A stretch of 64,000 nt of DNA from Flectonema sp. DT1601 (taxonomy: Eukaryota). Where the stretch lies: NCBI GenBank assembly GCA_964019425.1, contig OZ025786.1:62001-126000 (forward strand), in the 5' to 3' direction. Shown in pieces: positions 1-12,100 of the stretch; position 1 is the first letter of the stretch, and each line of letters begins with the position of its first letter. The notes beneath the pieces are model-generated. The model was not told where the DNA came from. It ran no database searches and saw only the letters and a program-made list of their open reading frames with translations. The position numbers were made by a program, and so were the translations under genes.

Positions 1-84
1 TTGGCTAGTTGTCTATTCACTCAGATCGTATCAATTCGCTGATTGAATTCCACTCGTTGGTTGGGGGAAGAGAGAGAGGAGGAG

Positions 85-432
85 GAGAGGAGAGGGCAGA
101 ATTTAATTAGCAAAAAGACGATCTTCAGAAATCGATTACCTTAACGACAGTTTATTATACATCATACTAATTGAAAGACAAGAAGAACTCAATACATTCC
201 ACAGAGAAATCAAGACAGGATTTGATTTTAAGAAAGTGTGAATCAGAACAACAACAACACACACCTGGTGCAAAGAAACAGTTGCCGGCTGCATCTGCGC
301 TGGTTCGATATTCCCTGAGACAGACGTAACATGTGCGCAGCCTCCCCACATGTGGTGCAGAGTCAACTTCTGTGGCATAGTTTTTGTTTTGTGTAGATGT
401 GTGTAAGGCTGTCAGATGAATAATAAAAAGAC
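85..432. repeat. ~350-bp dispersed repeat, copy 1
   Basis: Near-identical to 8189-8536 (offset 8104, a few substitutions). Confidence 0.9.
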
Positions 433-3399
433 ACTCGCGACTCTTTCAAATCAAAAACAGAAAACATTTCCACTGCTGCCGCTGTTCCTGACGCCTCTGT
501 ATTCGTAATGATGAGCACTGTGACTGTAAGATGAAAAGATTAATAAATCGATTACCTACTCAGATTGTTGTAAAATATATTATTTTTTGTTAATCGGAAT
601 TATAAACTTCATCAAACAAATAAAAACATGAAAAAGAAAAGAGAGAAGGGAATGAGAAAAGTACAAGTCGAGAATACGTACATTCCAAAAGATACAAAAT
701 AATTAAAAGAATTAACTAAGCACACAGCTAGGTACCGTTAGCTTATTCAGGCCAGTGGATTCACTCGCAACGCCCAAACTCACTCGCCCCAACACGGACT
801 ACGAAGTCTAGAAACGTGTGTAAGGTTTATTGAGCTCATATCGGTAATAAATTCATGGCGATGAGGTAGAATAAATGGCGGAATATTTGTTCTCGATACG
901 GTACATAAGAAAACTTTATTAACTGACACTCGACTTTCTTTTTTTTTTTTTTTTTTTTTTCACCTGGGAGTGACTTGCCGAACTAACGACAAGCGTGGTA
1001 ACCAATGATATACATTGATTTCCTCAGTGTCCCTCACGCTCTCTCACCCTGCCAGAAATAGCAGAAGCAGAAAAATAGACGCAAAGTACTCAGATTGTTT
1101 TCACTTTCTTCTTTTCCGGGAGAAAGTAGAAGGCAAGGAATTTAATTTTCTACAAAACTGTTTTTTTTTTTTCCTGCAGTGAAACAGATAGAAACAAATT
1201 TAATGAACATTTTTTTTTTCTTTTTTAATTATTTTGAACAGAACTTGTCAAAAAAGAAGAGTCTTCTGACAAGGAAACCTTGGCTCGAATAAAAAGGCTA
1301 GCAAGAAAAAATTAAAAATTATTAAAAAAAACAGGTGGCGCTGTTACTATTGTGGAATAGTACAACATATGCTACTCATCACCACGTCAAACTTTCCTTC
1401 AACACGAAGAGAACAAATTCACCGAAAGCGGGGGGTCTCGATTCACTTGATATCGTGATAGTGAGTACCTCAAGGGGATTACCCGCTCACGGGAAGACTT
1501 TCTGGGAAAGTGGTAGTCAGGGAACGGGAACTTTCTCTGCCTCGCAAAGCACACTTTTTTTTTTTTTTTTTTTTTTTTGTTCTTTTTTCGTGCGCAAAGC
1601 GAGGGATTAAAAAAAATCGTTTTTTTTTTTTTTCGTATAAACAGAAGGAATAGTGAAAACTGAAGAAGAGAAAAAAGAAGGAATCCGAAATAAGTGTAGC
1701 ACAACGTCACCATCTCTACCGCAAGTGATGAAGTCAATTTCAGAAAGAAAGAACAGTGAATGGTGTAAAGGAAAGACAGTCTCAGATTTGTATACGAGAT
1801 TTACAGTTGACAACTGCAAACAGAGAAGTTGGAAGAAAAGAATAAGAAGTTCAGAACAAGGTTACTGGGAACCCTAGAAAAGACGATAAAAAGGTGTAAA
1901 GAAAAGAATAAACCCAACAATGGTCTATGTTAGTGTGGAATCACACCAAAAGAAGATTACTTCATATTATTAAACAGGAGAATAGTACAAATTGGTTGAG
2001 AGTGATCAAAACACACCTCAAACCAAATAATAATAATAAAAAGAGGTACGTGGTTGTAAAAATAAAAAGCCTGACACAAGAACACTGATTGTCGACTAAA
2101 TAGCGAACACTGGAATAAGCGGCGTCAGAATTTTGGTTAAAAAATTATCATTTGCTGGCATTGTAACAACCAACTCGTTTTTTTTGTTTTTTTTTGTTGT
2201 TTTGGTAAGTGGGAAAAAAAGATAAAAAGGGGAATACTGGCCGACACGATGGGACGTTTTTTTTTTTTTTTTTTTTTTCAAAATGAATCACTTCTGTATT
2301 CATCTCATCTGTTTTAATGATCGAAAATACCGTTTCATAAACAAAGAATGAATAATTTTTTTTTTTTTTTGCTCTATTACTCTGCCTCACTCATATCGGT
2401 ACCGATGATTCTCTCCTGAACGGAATCGTTTCAGAGATACCAAATAAACGGAACGAGGGGGTCTGCGTTTAGGAAAAAATATTTTAAAGAAGCTTTTCAC
2501 TTCCCAGTGTTGGTGAGTTGACAAACACAAAGACTCGATATGCTACTACTGATAAAGGGTAATTTTTTTTTTTTTTTTTTTTTCCCTTGTTTTTCTTTCT
2601 TGTTTTTATTATACAAAGGCTGCTCAAAGTCGCTTTGTCCTGAACGGAAAGCTTTGGCGACACAAACAGGATCTAAAATTCTTTATGTTTCCAACAAAAA
2701 CAACAAAAGGGAGAAAGAAAGTAACATACTCACATAAAGAACCTTTTGAGAAGTAACGAGGCTTGCTACTTCTTAATGGTCTGCTATGAATTTTGTTGAT
2801 ATTTTTTTTTTTTTTTTTTTTGAGAGGGAGATAAAAAAAAAATAACAAAGAAAATAACAAAATAAAACTACCTGTAATGCGCCAGGTCGTTTTATTGTGA
2901 TTCGAGAGTGAGAGCTTAACAACAAAAAAGACTTTACTCAAAGGAATATAAAAATACTTTGAGAAGCTTTGTGGATTAGAGAAGAGGATGACCATCCCAG
3001 ACAATAATAAACTTTAAGTAGCTAAGATAAAGTAAACCGGCTGGCTAGGGAAGAAGTAGCTTTGCCAGACGAGCATCATATCCACGAAGGGTATCATAAC
3101 TCATCATTGCTTAGAATGTTTAAAATAAAAAAACTTGAAAAAAGAGAGAAAGAGAGGAAGGAGATTTCTTCATCGAACACAATTCAGTAATACACCCACA
3201 GCACTGAAACTACTCAAAGACAGCAGACAGAGAGACTAATCTCGCTAATTGCAATCACCTCATTGAGGGAATGGAAAGAAGTTTCCTGTTGTGAGTGGCA
3301 GACCTCGCGGGGCTGCTTAATGAAGTCGTTTGAATAGATGTCATTATTTGATGTGATGACACAATGAGGTAGTCATTCTTCAGTATTAATAAACTAATA

Positions 3400-4821
3400 C
3401 TACACCACATCAACTATGTCAGCACTCTCATCACGAGGATCGAGTAAGTTAACCGGAGGTCTTGTAAGAGGGTTCAGACGAGGGTAGCAAAACCCACCAG
3501 CGTAGGATGGCAGGTCACCTCCCAGAATGTCAGTAGCCGCTAAGTCTCCTGCTGCAGCTGAAGACATAATCCCCCAACCACTAAGTCCTCCAATCACATA
3601 GTTATTAGAAGGTCCATGCCATCCGATGATTGGTCTTCCGTCAGTAGAACTGTTGTAATAACCAGCGTCAACATTCATATCTTTGGTCATGTTCTCTCGA
3701 TACACTCCAAGAGCTGGAATGATCTTTGTAGCACCAGCAATAGCCAACTCGTGATAAAATTCATTCAGTTGAGTAATTGGGAACTCTGGATGCACACCAG
3801 GATCTATGTGTGCATGAACATGTTCCCACATGACTAGGATACGACCGTTACCGAGGGGGCGGATGTGTTGTCCACCTGGTTGAGTTTTAAGCCATTCGGA
3901 AGTATTTAAAATGCCTCCTTCTTGAGTGTCGTCAATCTCTTCTAACGCTTCGACCATTTCAGGACTCCAGTCAACATTAGTTCTGTCTCTCCAGACCATG
4001 AAAGGAGTAGTTTGTTGACAGACGATACCAGCTGAGTCATTCATAACTACCTTAGCGATGATCTCATTCTTTAAAGGAAGTTCTGGTGCGTTCATTAAAT
4101 TGTTTAGCCATGGAACCCAAGCACCTGAACAGTTAATAAAAACATCACATTCCAACTCATTAGTGTGACCATTATCATCTGTGACCATCACTTTCTTAAT
4201 TTCATTATTTTTAATATCAAAACCTGAAACAGAACCGCTTGTGAGTTTCATTCCTTTAGACTTCGCTTCTTGGTAGTAGTACGATCCCAGACCTCGTGCG
4301 TCTAACCAACCAGCCTTTCTACAATGGACAAGTGTACTCGCTTCTGGGTTCACTCCTGGAAAGACTCTTTGAATAACATCAGGACTGGTTATAATATCAA
4401 AGCCGTCAAGTGACTTATCAATACCCTTAAGAGGACTACGAGTGTAAGTATCTTCAGTGCAGTGATATCTGACTTCACCAGCTCCAAATGATGACGAGAT
4501 GGTTGCCATGTCTGTGAGAGTTTTCCCACCTTCTTTTGATCCAGCGAGGAAACAGTATCCTTTGTTGTTCATATTTAGACCAAAGGATCGATCAGCTTCT
4601 TCAATTATCTCCATCGACCTCTCCATGAAAGGAATCACTTGATCATCAACAAAGAAGTTTCTATAACACTCGCTACTGTTTTGGGATGTCGCTCCCAATA
4701 CTCCTCGAGGCTCTACGCAGACGACTTCAATTTCTCTGTTCTGCTTCGCTGCCTTTCTGTAGAGCTGCATAGCAACAGATGTCCCCGCAATCCCAGATCC
4801 GGATATAATAAATCGCTGCAT
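3400..4821 (-). CDS. FAD-dependent oxidoreductase (DAO/sarcosine oxidase family)
   Basis: GSGIAG dinucleotide-binding motif just after the likely start MQRFII; GATSQNS; DGRPIIG and GLSGWGIM motifs near the C-terminus. Confidence 0.85.
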   Translation of the reverse strand: MQRFIISGSGIAGTSVAMQLYRKAAKQNREIEVVCVEPRGVLGATSQNSSECYRNFFVDDQVIPFMERSMEIIEEADRSFGLNMNNKGYCFLAGSKEGGKTLTDMATISSSFGAGEVRYHCTEDTYTRSPLKGIDKSLDGFDIITSPDVIQRVFPGVNPEASTLVHCRKAGWLDARGLGSYYYQEAKSKGMKLTSGSVSGFDIKNNEIKKVMVTDDNGHTNELECDVFINCSGAWVPWLNNLMNAPELPLKNEIIAKVVMNDSAGIVCQQTTPFMVWRDRTNVDWSPEMVEALEEIDDTQEGGILNTSEWLKTQPGGQHIRPLGNGRILVMWEHVHAHIDPGVHPEFPITQLNEFYHELAIAGATKIIPALGVYRENMTKDMNVDAGYYNSSTDGRPIIGWHGPSNNYVIGGLSGWGIMSSAAAGDLAATDILGGDLPSYAGGFCYPRLNPLTRPPVNLLDPRDESADIVDVV

Positions 4822-5004
4822 TGTTTGGTGAAATATAAAACTGAAGAATTGAATTGAATTGAATTGAACTAACCATAAGAACATCATCTCTCTTTCACTT
4901 TGTAGTGCTGAACGCATACGACGTCACAAACAATACGCACGATGACTGACCTGAACGAGTGGTCAATGGGAATATCAATATCGAAGACTGACTTCCATCT
5001 TCTG

Positions 5005-6486
5005 TCAGGTTATTTGTGTAAACGATGCCTCACATGAAAGCCAGTTACTACCAGGAGCAGCTCTCGCATTTAAATACTTTACGAAATCCCTACTCCAAGG
5101 AGCTAGTGAGGATGGTTTAACCCATCCAATATGTTGATCAGCTGCTGTGACTACAGAAGAAGGATTTGATGAATCGTAATTTGGATGATTTGGAAGAGAC
5201 GGATGTGGTTTCAGTACAACTAATTCACCTGAGGAACGACACTTGGCCTGCAACAGGTCCCAATAAAACATTCTAAACTGAGACAGCCAAGAGACTTTAC
5301 CAAATTTTATTTTAACATTAGCATGAGCAACCACCACTGATGATGATACTAATTTTGGATCTGTGTAACCGAATTCAGTTAAGTACCTGGAGTCTTTGTA
5401 CGTTGGTTTTAATTCATTTTTACTTCTCATTGAAAGATGAGCAGAAGTCGGAAAATGATAAGCAGGCAGTACGCAGAACAGAAGCTTGTCTGGCGTTACA
5501 GAAGTTGCAGTCCACGGTCTGCTAAAACTAACATTTAAAAGAAGTAGAGCTCCGTGTAGAGCAGGTTGTTCTCTTGACCCAAGACAATCCATTATTGATA
5601 TCCAAAGTCTGAATAAAGTTATTAATTTATTGAGATTGTCTTTCTTCTTTATGTTATAAATAATAAAACCACCGACTGGTTCAATTCGATTGTGATGATC
5701 AACTGACGAGCCCTCATCTGCATCATTCACAACATAAGCATCACAGTTCGATTCCCCCCCAAGACTTCTCGCAATGTTATTAGCATTGTGAGTCCACACA
5801 GTATCACCATCTGTTAGTGTGATGTGTTTTAAAGTTGATTTTTGAATGCTGTCGTGGGATAGCAGAGTTCCGACGTATGCCGTTCGTTTTCTAATAAAAA
5901 ATAAATATTCATCAGTGCTAACATAAGACTGTCTCAGTACACCTTTACTAGTTCCCTTCCAGTATGATGGACACCAATGAACATGTGATTCGTATCCAAG
6001 TTGGATGGTTTCTTTATAAGCATCTTCGTCAGTTACGATAATAACAAAAGCTGATAAACTCAATCGGTTAAATGAACAAACAAGATTAGAGATCAATCCT
6101 TGTTTAACATAAGCATGGTTAGCGAATGTGATAACCAAATCAAGAGGAGAAGAACTGTTTATGTTGTTTAAGAAAACACTGATATCACAAATTGTTTCTT
6201 CCGTTGGAAGATTTTGTAAAGAACTGATATTAACTGCGAGAGTACTGCTGGTTTCTATTATTGATTTCTTGTCTGATTCACTCCAGTAGCGGTAGTCATC
6301 TTCGCGATGTTTATTCCAATCTGATGATTGTTTTATCAACACTCGACTCTCTCTTAACCAATCGATTCTATTGTCAGATATCTGTAGCAATCTATCACAC
6401 GTTATGAATATAAAAAATAAACAACAAACCAACACAGACACAACACATTCCAGTAGGTGTCGATGTGACATTACAGAATCCCACAC
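5005..6486 (-). CDS. Type II membrane nucleotide-diphospho-sugar transferase (GT77-like)
   Basis: N-terminal TM helix, TFANHAY, DxD motif (TDGDTVW), EQPAL, late HAN motif. Confidence 0.7.
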   Translation of the reverse strand: MWDSVMSHRHLLECVVSVLVCCLFFIFITCDRLLQISDNRIDWLRESRVLIKQSSDWNKHREDDYRYWSESDKKSIIETSSTLAVNISSLQNLPTEETICDISVFLNNINSSSPLDLVITFANHAYVKQGLISNLVCSFNRLSLSAFVIIVTDEDAYKETIQLGYESHVHWCPSYWKGTSKGVLRQSYVSTDEYLFFIRKRTAYVGTLLSHDSIQKSTLKHITLTDGDTVWTHNANNIARSLGGESNCDAYVVNDADEGSSVDHHNRIEPVGGFIIYNIKKKDNLNKLITLFRLWISIMDCLGSREQPALHGALLLLNVSFSRPWTATSVTPDKLLFCVLPAYHFPTSAHLSMRSKNELKPTYKDSRYLTEFGYTDPKLVSSSVVVAHANVKIKFGKVSWLSQFRMFYWDLLQAKCRSSGELVVLKPHPSLPNHPNYDSSNPSSVVTAADQHIGWVKPSSLAPWSRDFVKYLNARAAPGSNWLSCEASFTQIT

Positions 6487-6902
6487 ATCATTTTTTAGAC
6501 TTTGAGATGATAAACTTTATTACAACATAAGAAGATAGCGAGTAAAAGTTAAACACAAAATAACATGATCTGGTGGTGGAGTTCCGGCTGCCTATATCGT
6601 TGGATGTGAGATGCTTAAAAAGTAAAATACGAAACCAATACCAAAATCAGACAACTAAAAATGTTACTACCAAAAGGCAAGAAGGAAGGGTAGCTGTCAA
6701 AGAGCAAGAGAGACGTTTAGAGGGGTAGATTGTTTGATTAGGTTTATCTTATAAATAAATCATCTTTATAGAAAAATAAAAATGAACATTTCTTAATAAA
6801 CTTTTTCACAAAAAAGATTGTTAGCAATAATTGCCAGTTCGTAGCACCACTTTAGAGAGGGTGCATATTTTCGGGTACTCCCTGTTGGTTAGAGTAACAA
6901 GA

Positions 6903-6965
6903 AACCTGGTTGATCCTGCCAGTAGTCATATGCTTGTTTCAAGGATTAAGCCATGCAAGTCTTAG
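6903..6965 (+). rRNA. Isolated 5' terminal fragment of 18S rRNA (~60 nt, pseudogenic)
   Basis: AACCTGGTTGATCCTGCCAGTAGTCATATGCTTGTTTCAAGGATTAAGCCATGCAAGTCT is the universal SSU 5' end; similarity stops after ~60 nt. Confidence 0.9.
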
Positions 6966-7007
6966 ATTTATGTGGGAAATAACTTTCGGCTTCTCCTGTG
7001 ATCATAC

Positions 7008-7475
7008 TCAACACTCAGGTAGATTGACTCCGAGCTTCCGCGCCAACAGCTGCTGCTCTCTTAGTAGCTGCAGAGCTTGTTGAGGAGAAGTAAACAAGTC
7101 AGGTGTCGACAGCTTCACTGCTGGTGCTGGCTCGGTTCGCACAACTGGTTTCTTGCTGTTGGACTGCAGAATTTGATTGATATCAGAAGTTATCTCACTA
7201 GAAACACACTTCCCTAACTTGAGTACCACCAGTCTAGTATCAGACAGACACTGAATTAGTTGCTTACCTCCACAGTCTGTTATCACATTCCTCGTTAAAT
7301 ATAATTCTCGTATTGAACTTTCTGGTAAGACGTGACACAACTTCGTCACATGGTCATCCGTCAGCTTACATCCCGACAGGTAGACTCTCTCTAAGTTCTT
7401 GTTACTCGCAATCGTATGACAGACGTCATCAAAACCATCGATGTTGGTGTCGGAGAAGTCGAGTTCTGTTTCCAT
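7008..7475 (-). CDS. Small RNase-inhibitor-like LRR protein (possibly partial)
   Basis: LERVYLSGCKLTD, IRELYLTRNVITDCGG repeats. Confidence 0.65.
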   Translation of the reverse strand: METELDFSDTNIDGFDDVCHTIASNKNLERVYLSGCKLTDDHVTKLCHVLPESSIRELYLTRNVITDCGGKQLIQCLSDTRLVVLKLGKCVSSEITSDINQILQSNSKKPVVRTEPAPAVKLSTPDLFTSPQQALQLLREQQLLARKLGVNLPEC

Positions 7476-8188
7476 AAATCTCTTTAGCCTGATCAACAGA
7501 ATAAATATTTTTTATTGTTATTCAAGAGAACGTTTGAAAATCTAAACCAAAACACGTCTCATACTACCTCACCACCTGTAATGATAAAAATAGTGTTCTA
7601 ACTCCAGCTGTTCACGCGCTCAGTCGTTTGTTAAATTTATAATTTGTGTGTGCACGTCAGGACGTGCAAATGTCAGGATGCTTTTTTTTTTTTCCCTTAA
7701 AAATGAATTCCGAGACAAGTCAACAGCATTCATAATTCGTTCTGTACAATTGCATAACTTTTCTTTTTGGTGTAGGGGTGCTTACAAACGGCGAGTCTAC
7801 TTTGCTACGGAACCGGAGAAGTTTCCCTTTCCGCCGTTGTTGTATCCGCCGGTGCCACTGGTACCAAATTCCTGTTTGTTAAAAATGAGAAACAGAGTAG
7901 CCGCAATGGTAAATGATAATTGAGATAGAAATGTAACAAAATAAAACAAACCTGCTCCTGCGTAGTTCCGAATAACGCATTCTTGTAGATAGCAGTGAAA
8001 CCGTTGCCTTGCGCTGGGTTTAGTTTAGCCTGTTTTTTTGGTTTTTTACTGACGGGATTTGAGTTGAGACGACCCAGCGTATAATATATTTCATATTTCT
8101 GGATGAGTCGAAGATTCAGATTCGATCTTCTTAAATGCGATTGACCACTACTGACCACGACGAGCGAGAGAGAGCGAGGAGAGGAGAG

Positions 8189-8536
8189 GAGAGGAGAGGG
8201 CAGAATTTAATTAGCAAAAAGACGATCTTCAGAAATCGATTACCTTAACGACAGTTTATTACACATCATACTAATTGAAAGACAAGAAGAACTCAATACA
8301 CTCCAGAGAGAAATCAAGACAGGATTTGATTTTAAGAAAGTGTGAATCAGAACAACAACAACACACACCTGGTGCAAAGAAACGGTTGCCGGCTGCATCT
8401 GCGCTGGTTCGATATTCCCTGAGACAGACGTAACATGTGCGCAGCCTCCCCACATGTGGTGCAGAGTCAACTTCTGTGGCATAGTTTTTGTTTTGTGTAG
8501 ATGTGTGTAAGGCTGTCAGATGAATAATAAAAAGAC
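8189..8536. repeat. ~350-bp dispersed repeat, copy 2
   Basis: Near-identical to 85-432. Confidence 0.9.
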
Positions 8537-8923
8537 CATCTTAACTACCACTCGTACTGAGTTGAGTGAGTTGAGTCACTAACGAGGTATTAGTTTAGTT
8601 ATCTGTGAGAGGGACGAGGACAATCCTCTAAAACACAAGAACAACAAACCTGAAAATAATCGCAAAAAAGTAATCTTTTGTGTAAATTATTAAAAAAAGA
8701 AATGAAAAAGAATCTGCCTCAACTTAAAAGTAATCGAACACGTGTTGATGTTGTCAACCCGCATGTGAACCAACTCAAGCTGATAAAGCTAAAAGAGGTT
8801 TACGTGTGCTACTCAAACATTATATTTCGTGTTAAATGCAAAAAAACGCAAAAAAAAAAAAAAAGGTTAATAGAATAACTACTCACTGGAAAGTGAATTG
8901 TTAAGAAGATAATAAGAAGAAAG

Positions 8924-10213
8924 TTAATTAACCGAACGTCGACTCTCTCTATCAAGTTTTACGACCCATCTCTTGGGATGATCATGTTGCTCAAGGGAAG
9001 CTTTATTATTAATGTTGCTATTTAAATAAGCCTTTGTGATACTTGACGACCCAGAACCGTAAGGTATCGGTGATGGATTGCTAGTTATCGGTGGTGGTGG
9101 TACTGCTATCGATTTATTAATATCTGACAGTGAAGTAATGGTCTGCTGATGGTATCGAAGTATCAAATTAAACACCCGACACACTTTATAACCAACTTCT
9201 CGTAAGTTGTCATCCCAACAGCATTCTGGAGTAGTAAACCTTTCAGCTATTTGAATAATTGTTGTGGTGGATGTAGTTGGTAGTTGAGATAACATATTGC
9301 TGCACCAAATTTGGATATTTTTATCTATTTTTTCTAATTGTTGTTCATAATTCGATTGGATTGCAATAACGTCATCGGCTGCCTGTACTTTACATCTCAT
9401 CGTTTTTTCAATTCCTTCAAGATAACGTTTTTCAAAAGAATCTTTTTCTTCTTTCAATTTTTCAAAATTTAAATTCTGAATTGTAATTTCAGACTTCAGT
9501 CTCATCGATGACTCCAAAGACGACATCTGTTTTTGTTCAGCTTCTGTTGTCTTGTCTTCGAGAGCTTTGATCAGGTGTTCCAATTCTGAGATTCTTTTGA
9601 AAGTTTGAGTGTTTTTTAATTTCTTAATTTCATCATCCTTCGCCCTGAGACGCTTTCGTAACAAAACTGTGTGATGATCAAAGACTCCATCTATAATCTT
9701 ACTGGCCATAGCAGACTTGTGAGGACAAGAACCATCTTCTTCACTAACTGAAATAGCGTCCTCATGACAACTACATGAAAGTGATTTTGTTTTTCTCAAC
9801 GACGTTGGAGGTATTGGATCGCCCATCGATAATAATAAATTCTGAGCAGCTTGTGCGGCAAGCAAAGGTCCCATTGCTTCCTTGTGTCTCATTTCTGATA
9901 AGTCATTTTGTAATTGTTCAACTTCCGCCGACGTCGCCTTAAGAATTTGATTCAGATTCTCAGATTCCTTCTCACAAGTGATGAGTGAATTGCGTACGGT
10001 TCTGATGCTGCTTTTTCCCCTTTCGATTTCTAGTTGCAGTTCGAATTCTACTTCGTCTTTGATTGCATCGAATCCTTTTTCTGTGATCTCAGCTTCGTTT
10101 AGTTTGAGTACCCAATTCTTACATCGGGTCATCAATTCATCCATCCACGTCATTTGATTTGATATTTCACGAAAGTTACTTATCGACAACGGTTCTGTTG
10201 TACTTCCTGTCAT
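8924..10213 (-). CDS. Coiled-coil hypothetical protein
   Basis: 429-aa ORF with E/K/L heptad-rich stretches; 5' end uncertain. Confidence 0.7.
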   Translation of the reverse strand: MTGSTTEPLSISNFREISNQMTWMDELMTRCKNWVLKLNEAEITEKGFDAIKDEVEFELQLEIERGKSSIRTVRNSLITCEKESENLNQILKATSAEVEQLQNDLSEMRHKEAMGPLLAAQAAQNLLLSMGDPIPPTSLRKTKSLSCSCHEDAISVSEEDGSCPHKSAMASKIIDGVFDHHTVLLRKRLRAKDDEIKKLKNTQTFKRISELEHLIKALEDKTTEAEQKQMSSLESSMRLKSEITIQNLNFEKLKEEKDSFEKRYLEGIEKTMRCKVQAADDVIAIQSNYEQQLEKIDKNIQIWCSNMLSQLPTTSTTTIIQIAERFTTPECCWDDNLREVGYKVCRVFNLILRYHQQTITSLSDINKSIAVPPPPITSNPSPIPYGSGSSSITKAYLNSNINNKASLEQHDHPKRWVVKLDRESRRSVN

Positions 10214-10431
10214 CTTATTAGAGAAAGGTGAGGGCTGTTAATAAAATATGAATTAAGGCCACCACCATTACGAGGACGAAGAGACTCAGTAACAGAAAGA
10301 ACTACTACAGCATGTCAACAACTGTAATGAAGTCGTTCATGTTCACAATAACTCGTTTGTGTATTGATTATAAAAAAAACGAAACAAAAAAAAAACGAAA
10401 AAAAAAGAATAACTTGTGTAAATGTAAACAA

Positions 10432-11283
10432 CTAATGGTAAATTCGTTTCTTTACAAGAACTGATTTAGGTCTTCTCACAGCCTTCTCATGAGAATAATT
10501 AATAACAGAGTAGTAGTATTCCATCGCAGAGATCGACTGTGTTGGTGGAATCGGTGCGACACGTCCTCCCCGAGAAAGAAAATTAGCAACACGAGATTGC
10601 TGGTAATCAATGAGAAGAGATTCGTTATTTACTTTATTAGAAGTACGAGGCCTTCTTAGAGGAGATGATAAAAGTGAGTTGGTTGCAATTGGAAGTGATA
10701 ATTGTTTTGAACGTTTTATATCAGCTGTTTCGTTTCTAAGAACAGAATGAAGATTTCTGACAGCCTCCAAAAACAACGCCTCGTCTTGAGACTTTCTACT
10801 ACTCATTATTTTATTGTGTTCTGAGAGAACTACTCGTTTCTTTTTTTTATGGTCAGATTCTATATTTTTATATAAACTTTTTTGTTTCTCTTCTAATTGA
10901 ATTCGTGTTGCTGCTTCAGACCATTGCAGTCCATAAAGCTGTAGACCAAACCCAGTGACTACTTTAAATATAACATTTGTGTGAGTTGTAAAGTGATTCT
11001 TTATATCATCAAATTCCCTGCTCTCAGAAACTCGTAGTTTTCTCCGTTGAACTTCTTCTAATCGTTCAGACATTCTCGTTCCAGATCCGCTCTTTAATTT
11101 CGAGTGTTGCTTATGTCGATGTTTTCTTAGTGCTTTTTTATTTATCAAAAATTCACTTTCAGCTTTTTCTTGTTCAATTCTGTCTGTCTTGTCTTTTGGT
11201 TTTTCCCTACTCCTCCTCTCTCTTTCGTGTCGACGTCTTGTCTCAGCGAGGATTTCCCACTTCATTATTATACAGACCTGCAT
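10432..11283 (-). CDS. Basic hypothetical protein
   Basis: 283-aa ORF on the cluster strand; no recognised domain. Confidence 0.6.
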   Translation of the reverse strand: MQVCIIMKWEILAETRRRHERERRSREKPKDKTDRIEQEKAESEFLINKKALRKHRHKQHSKLKSGSGTRMSERLEEVQRRKLRVSESREFDDIKNHFTTHTNVIFKVVTGFGLQLYGLQWSEAATRIQLEEKQKSLYKNIESDHKKKKRVVLSEHNKIMSSRKSQDEALFLEAVRNLHSVLRNETADIKRSKQLSLPIATNSLLSSPLRRPRTSNKVNNESLLIDYQQSRVANFLSRGGRVAPIPPTQSISAMEYYYSVINYSHEKAVRRPKSVLVKKRIYH

Positions 11284-11356
11284 GATGAGATATAATAAAT
11301 CAAAAAATTATAAATAGAAGAGGACAGTAAAACACTGACAAGTACTCGAGAGAAAG

Positions 11357-12100
11357 TTAACAACGATGGCATCCCAGTACAAGTGACATCCTGCTTAAGT
11401 TTGGCAGAAGTGGTTTCTGTTTGTCTTTAAGCGATACTCTGTGAGACCAGTTGTGTCTCACATCACCAGATAATAAAACAACTGAATTATCAATCATCGG
11501 AAATGGGATGACAGTTTTCTCATCCGAACTCTGCAAGTCAAACACCGCATCAGATCCCAAACTATAAATTAACGTCACCTCTCCATTAGCTTCGATATCT
11601 TTATGATATGGAAATGAAGGAGGTGGTGATTGAATAGATGAATAAATATTAAAAGTAAACCTCCACTGTAGACTCTCAGGTGGTCCAACTAATGCAATTG
11701 GGATATTTAAAGGATGCGTTTGAAGGACGTTCTTTATTAAAATGTTACTTACGAATTGAGGAATGTTGGAATTTCCCATAAAATATGACAGCTGGTGGCC
11801 CTCATCGCCGTATTTTTCAAAATGCTGCCCGTGAATCGTCTTCCCTGAGTCGACATCTTTTATAGAAATATTTTTGTAGAATCTCTCTACTTCTAAATTA
11901 TGATTCACACTCTTGTGGGATATTCTGTCGCTCAGATTACTCTCATTTCGTTCTCTAAGTTGATGATAAAGAGAAATAGCATTCCCCATCAACTCCTTTC
12001 GATCTTCCCCAGACAGCAATGAGTCAGTTTGATAAAAACCAGGTGGTACTGCAGACGGTAGTACAATCCTAGATAAACTAATACGAGTAAATCGAATCAT
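11357..12100 (-). CDS. AlkB-like 2OG-Fe(II) dioxygenase
   Basis: HxD (YHKD), distal His (WSH) and RMSLV; start MIRFTRISL resembles a mitochondrial presequence. Confidence 0.8.
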   Translation of the reverse strand: MIRFTRISLSRIVLPSAVPPGFYQTDSLLSGEDRKELMGNAISLYHQLRERNESNLSDRISHKSVNHNLEVERFYKNISIKDVDSGKTIHGQHFEKYGDEGHQLSYFMGNSNIPQFVSNILIKNVLQTHPLNIPIALVGPPESLQWRFTFNIYSSIQSPPPSFPYHKDIEANGEVTLIYSLGSDAVFDLQSSDEKTVIPFPMIDNSVVLLSGDVRHNWSHRVSLKDKQKPLLPNLSRMSLVLGCHRC

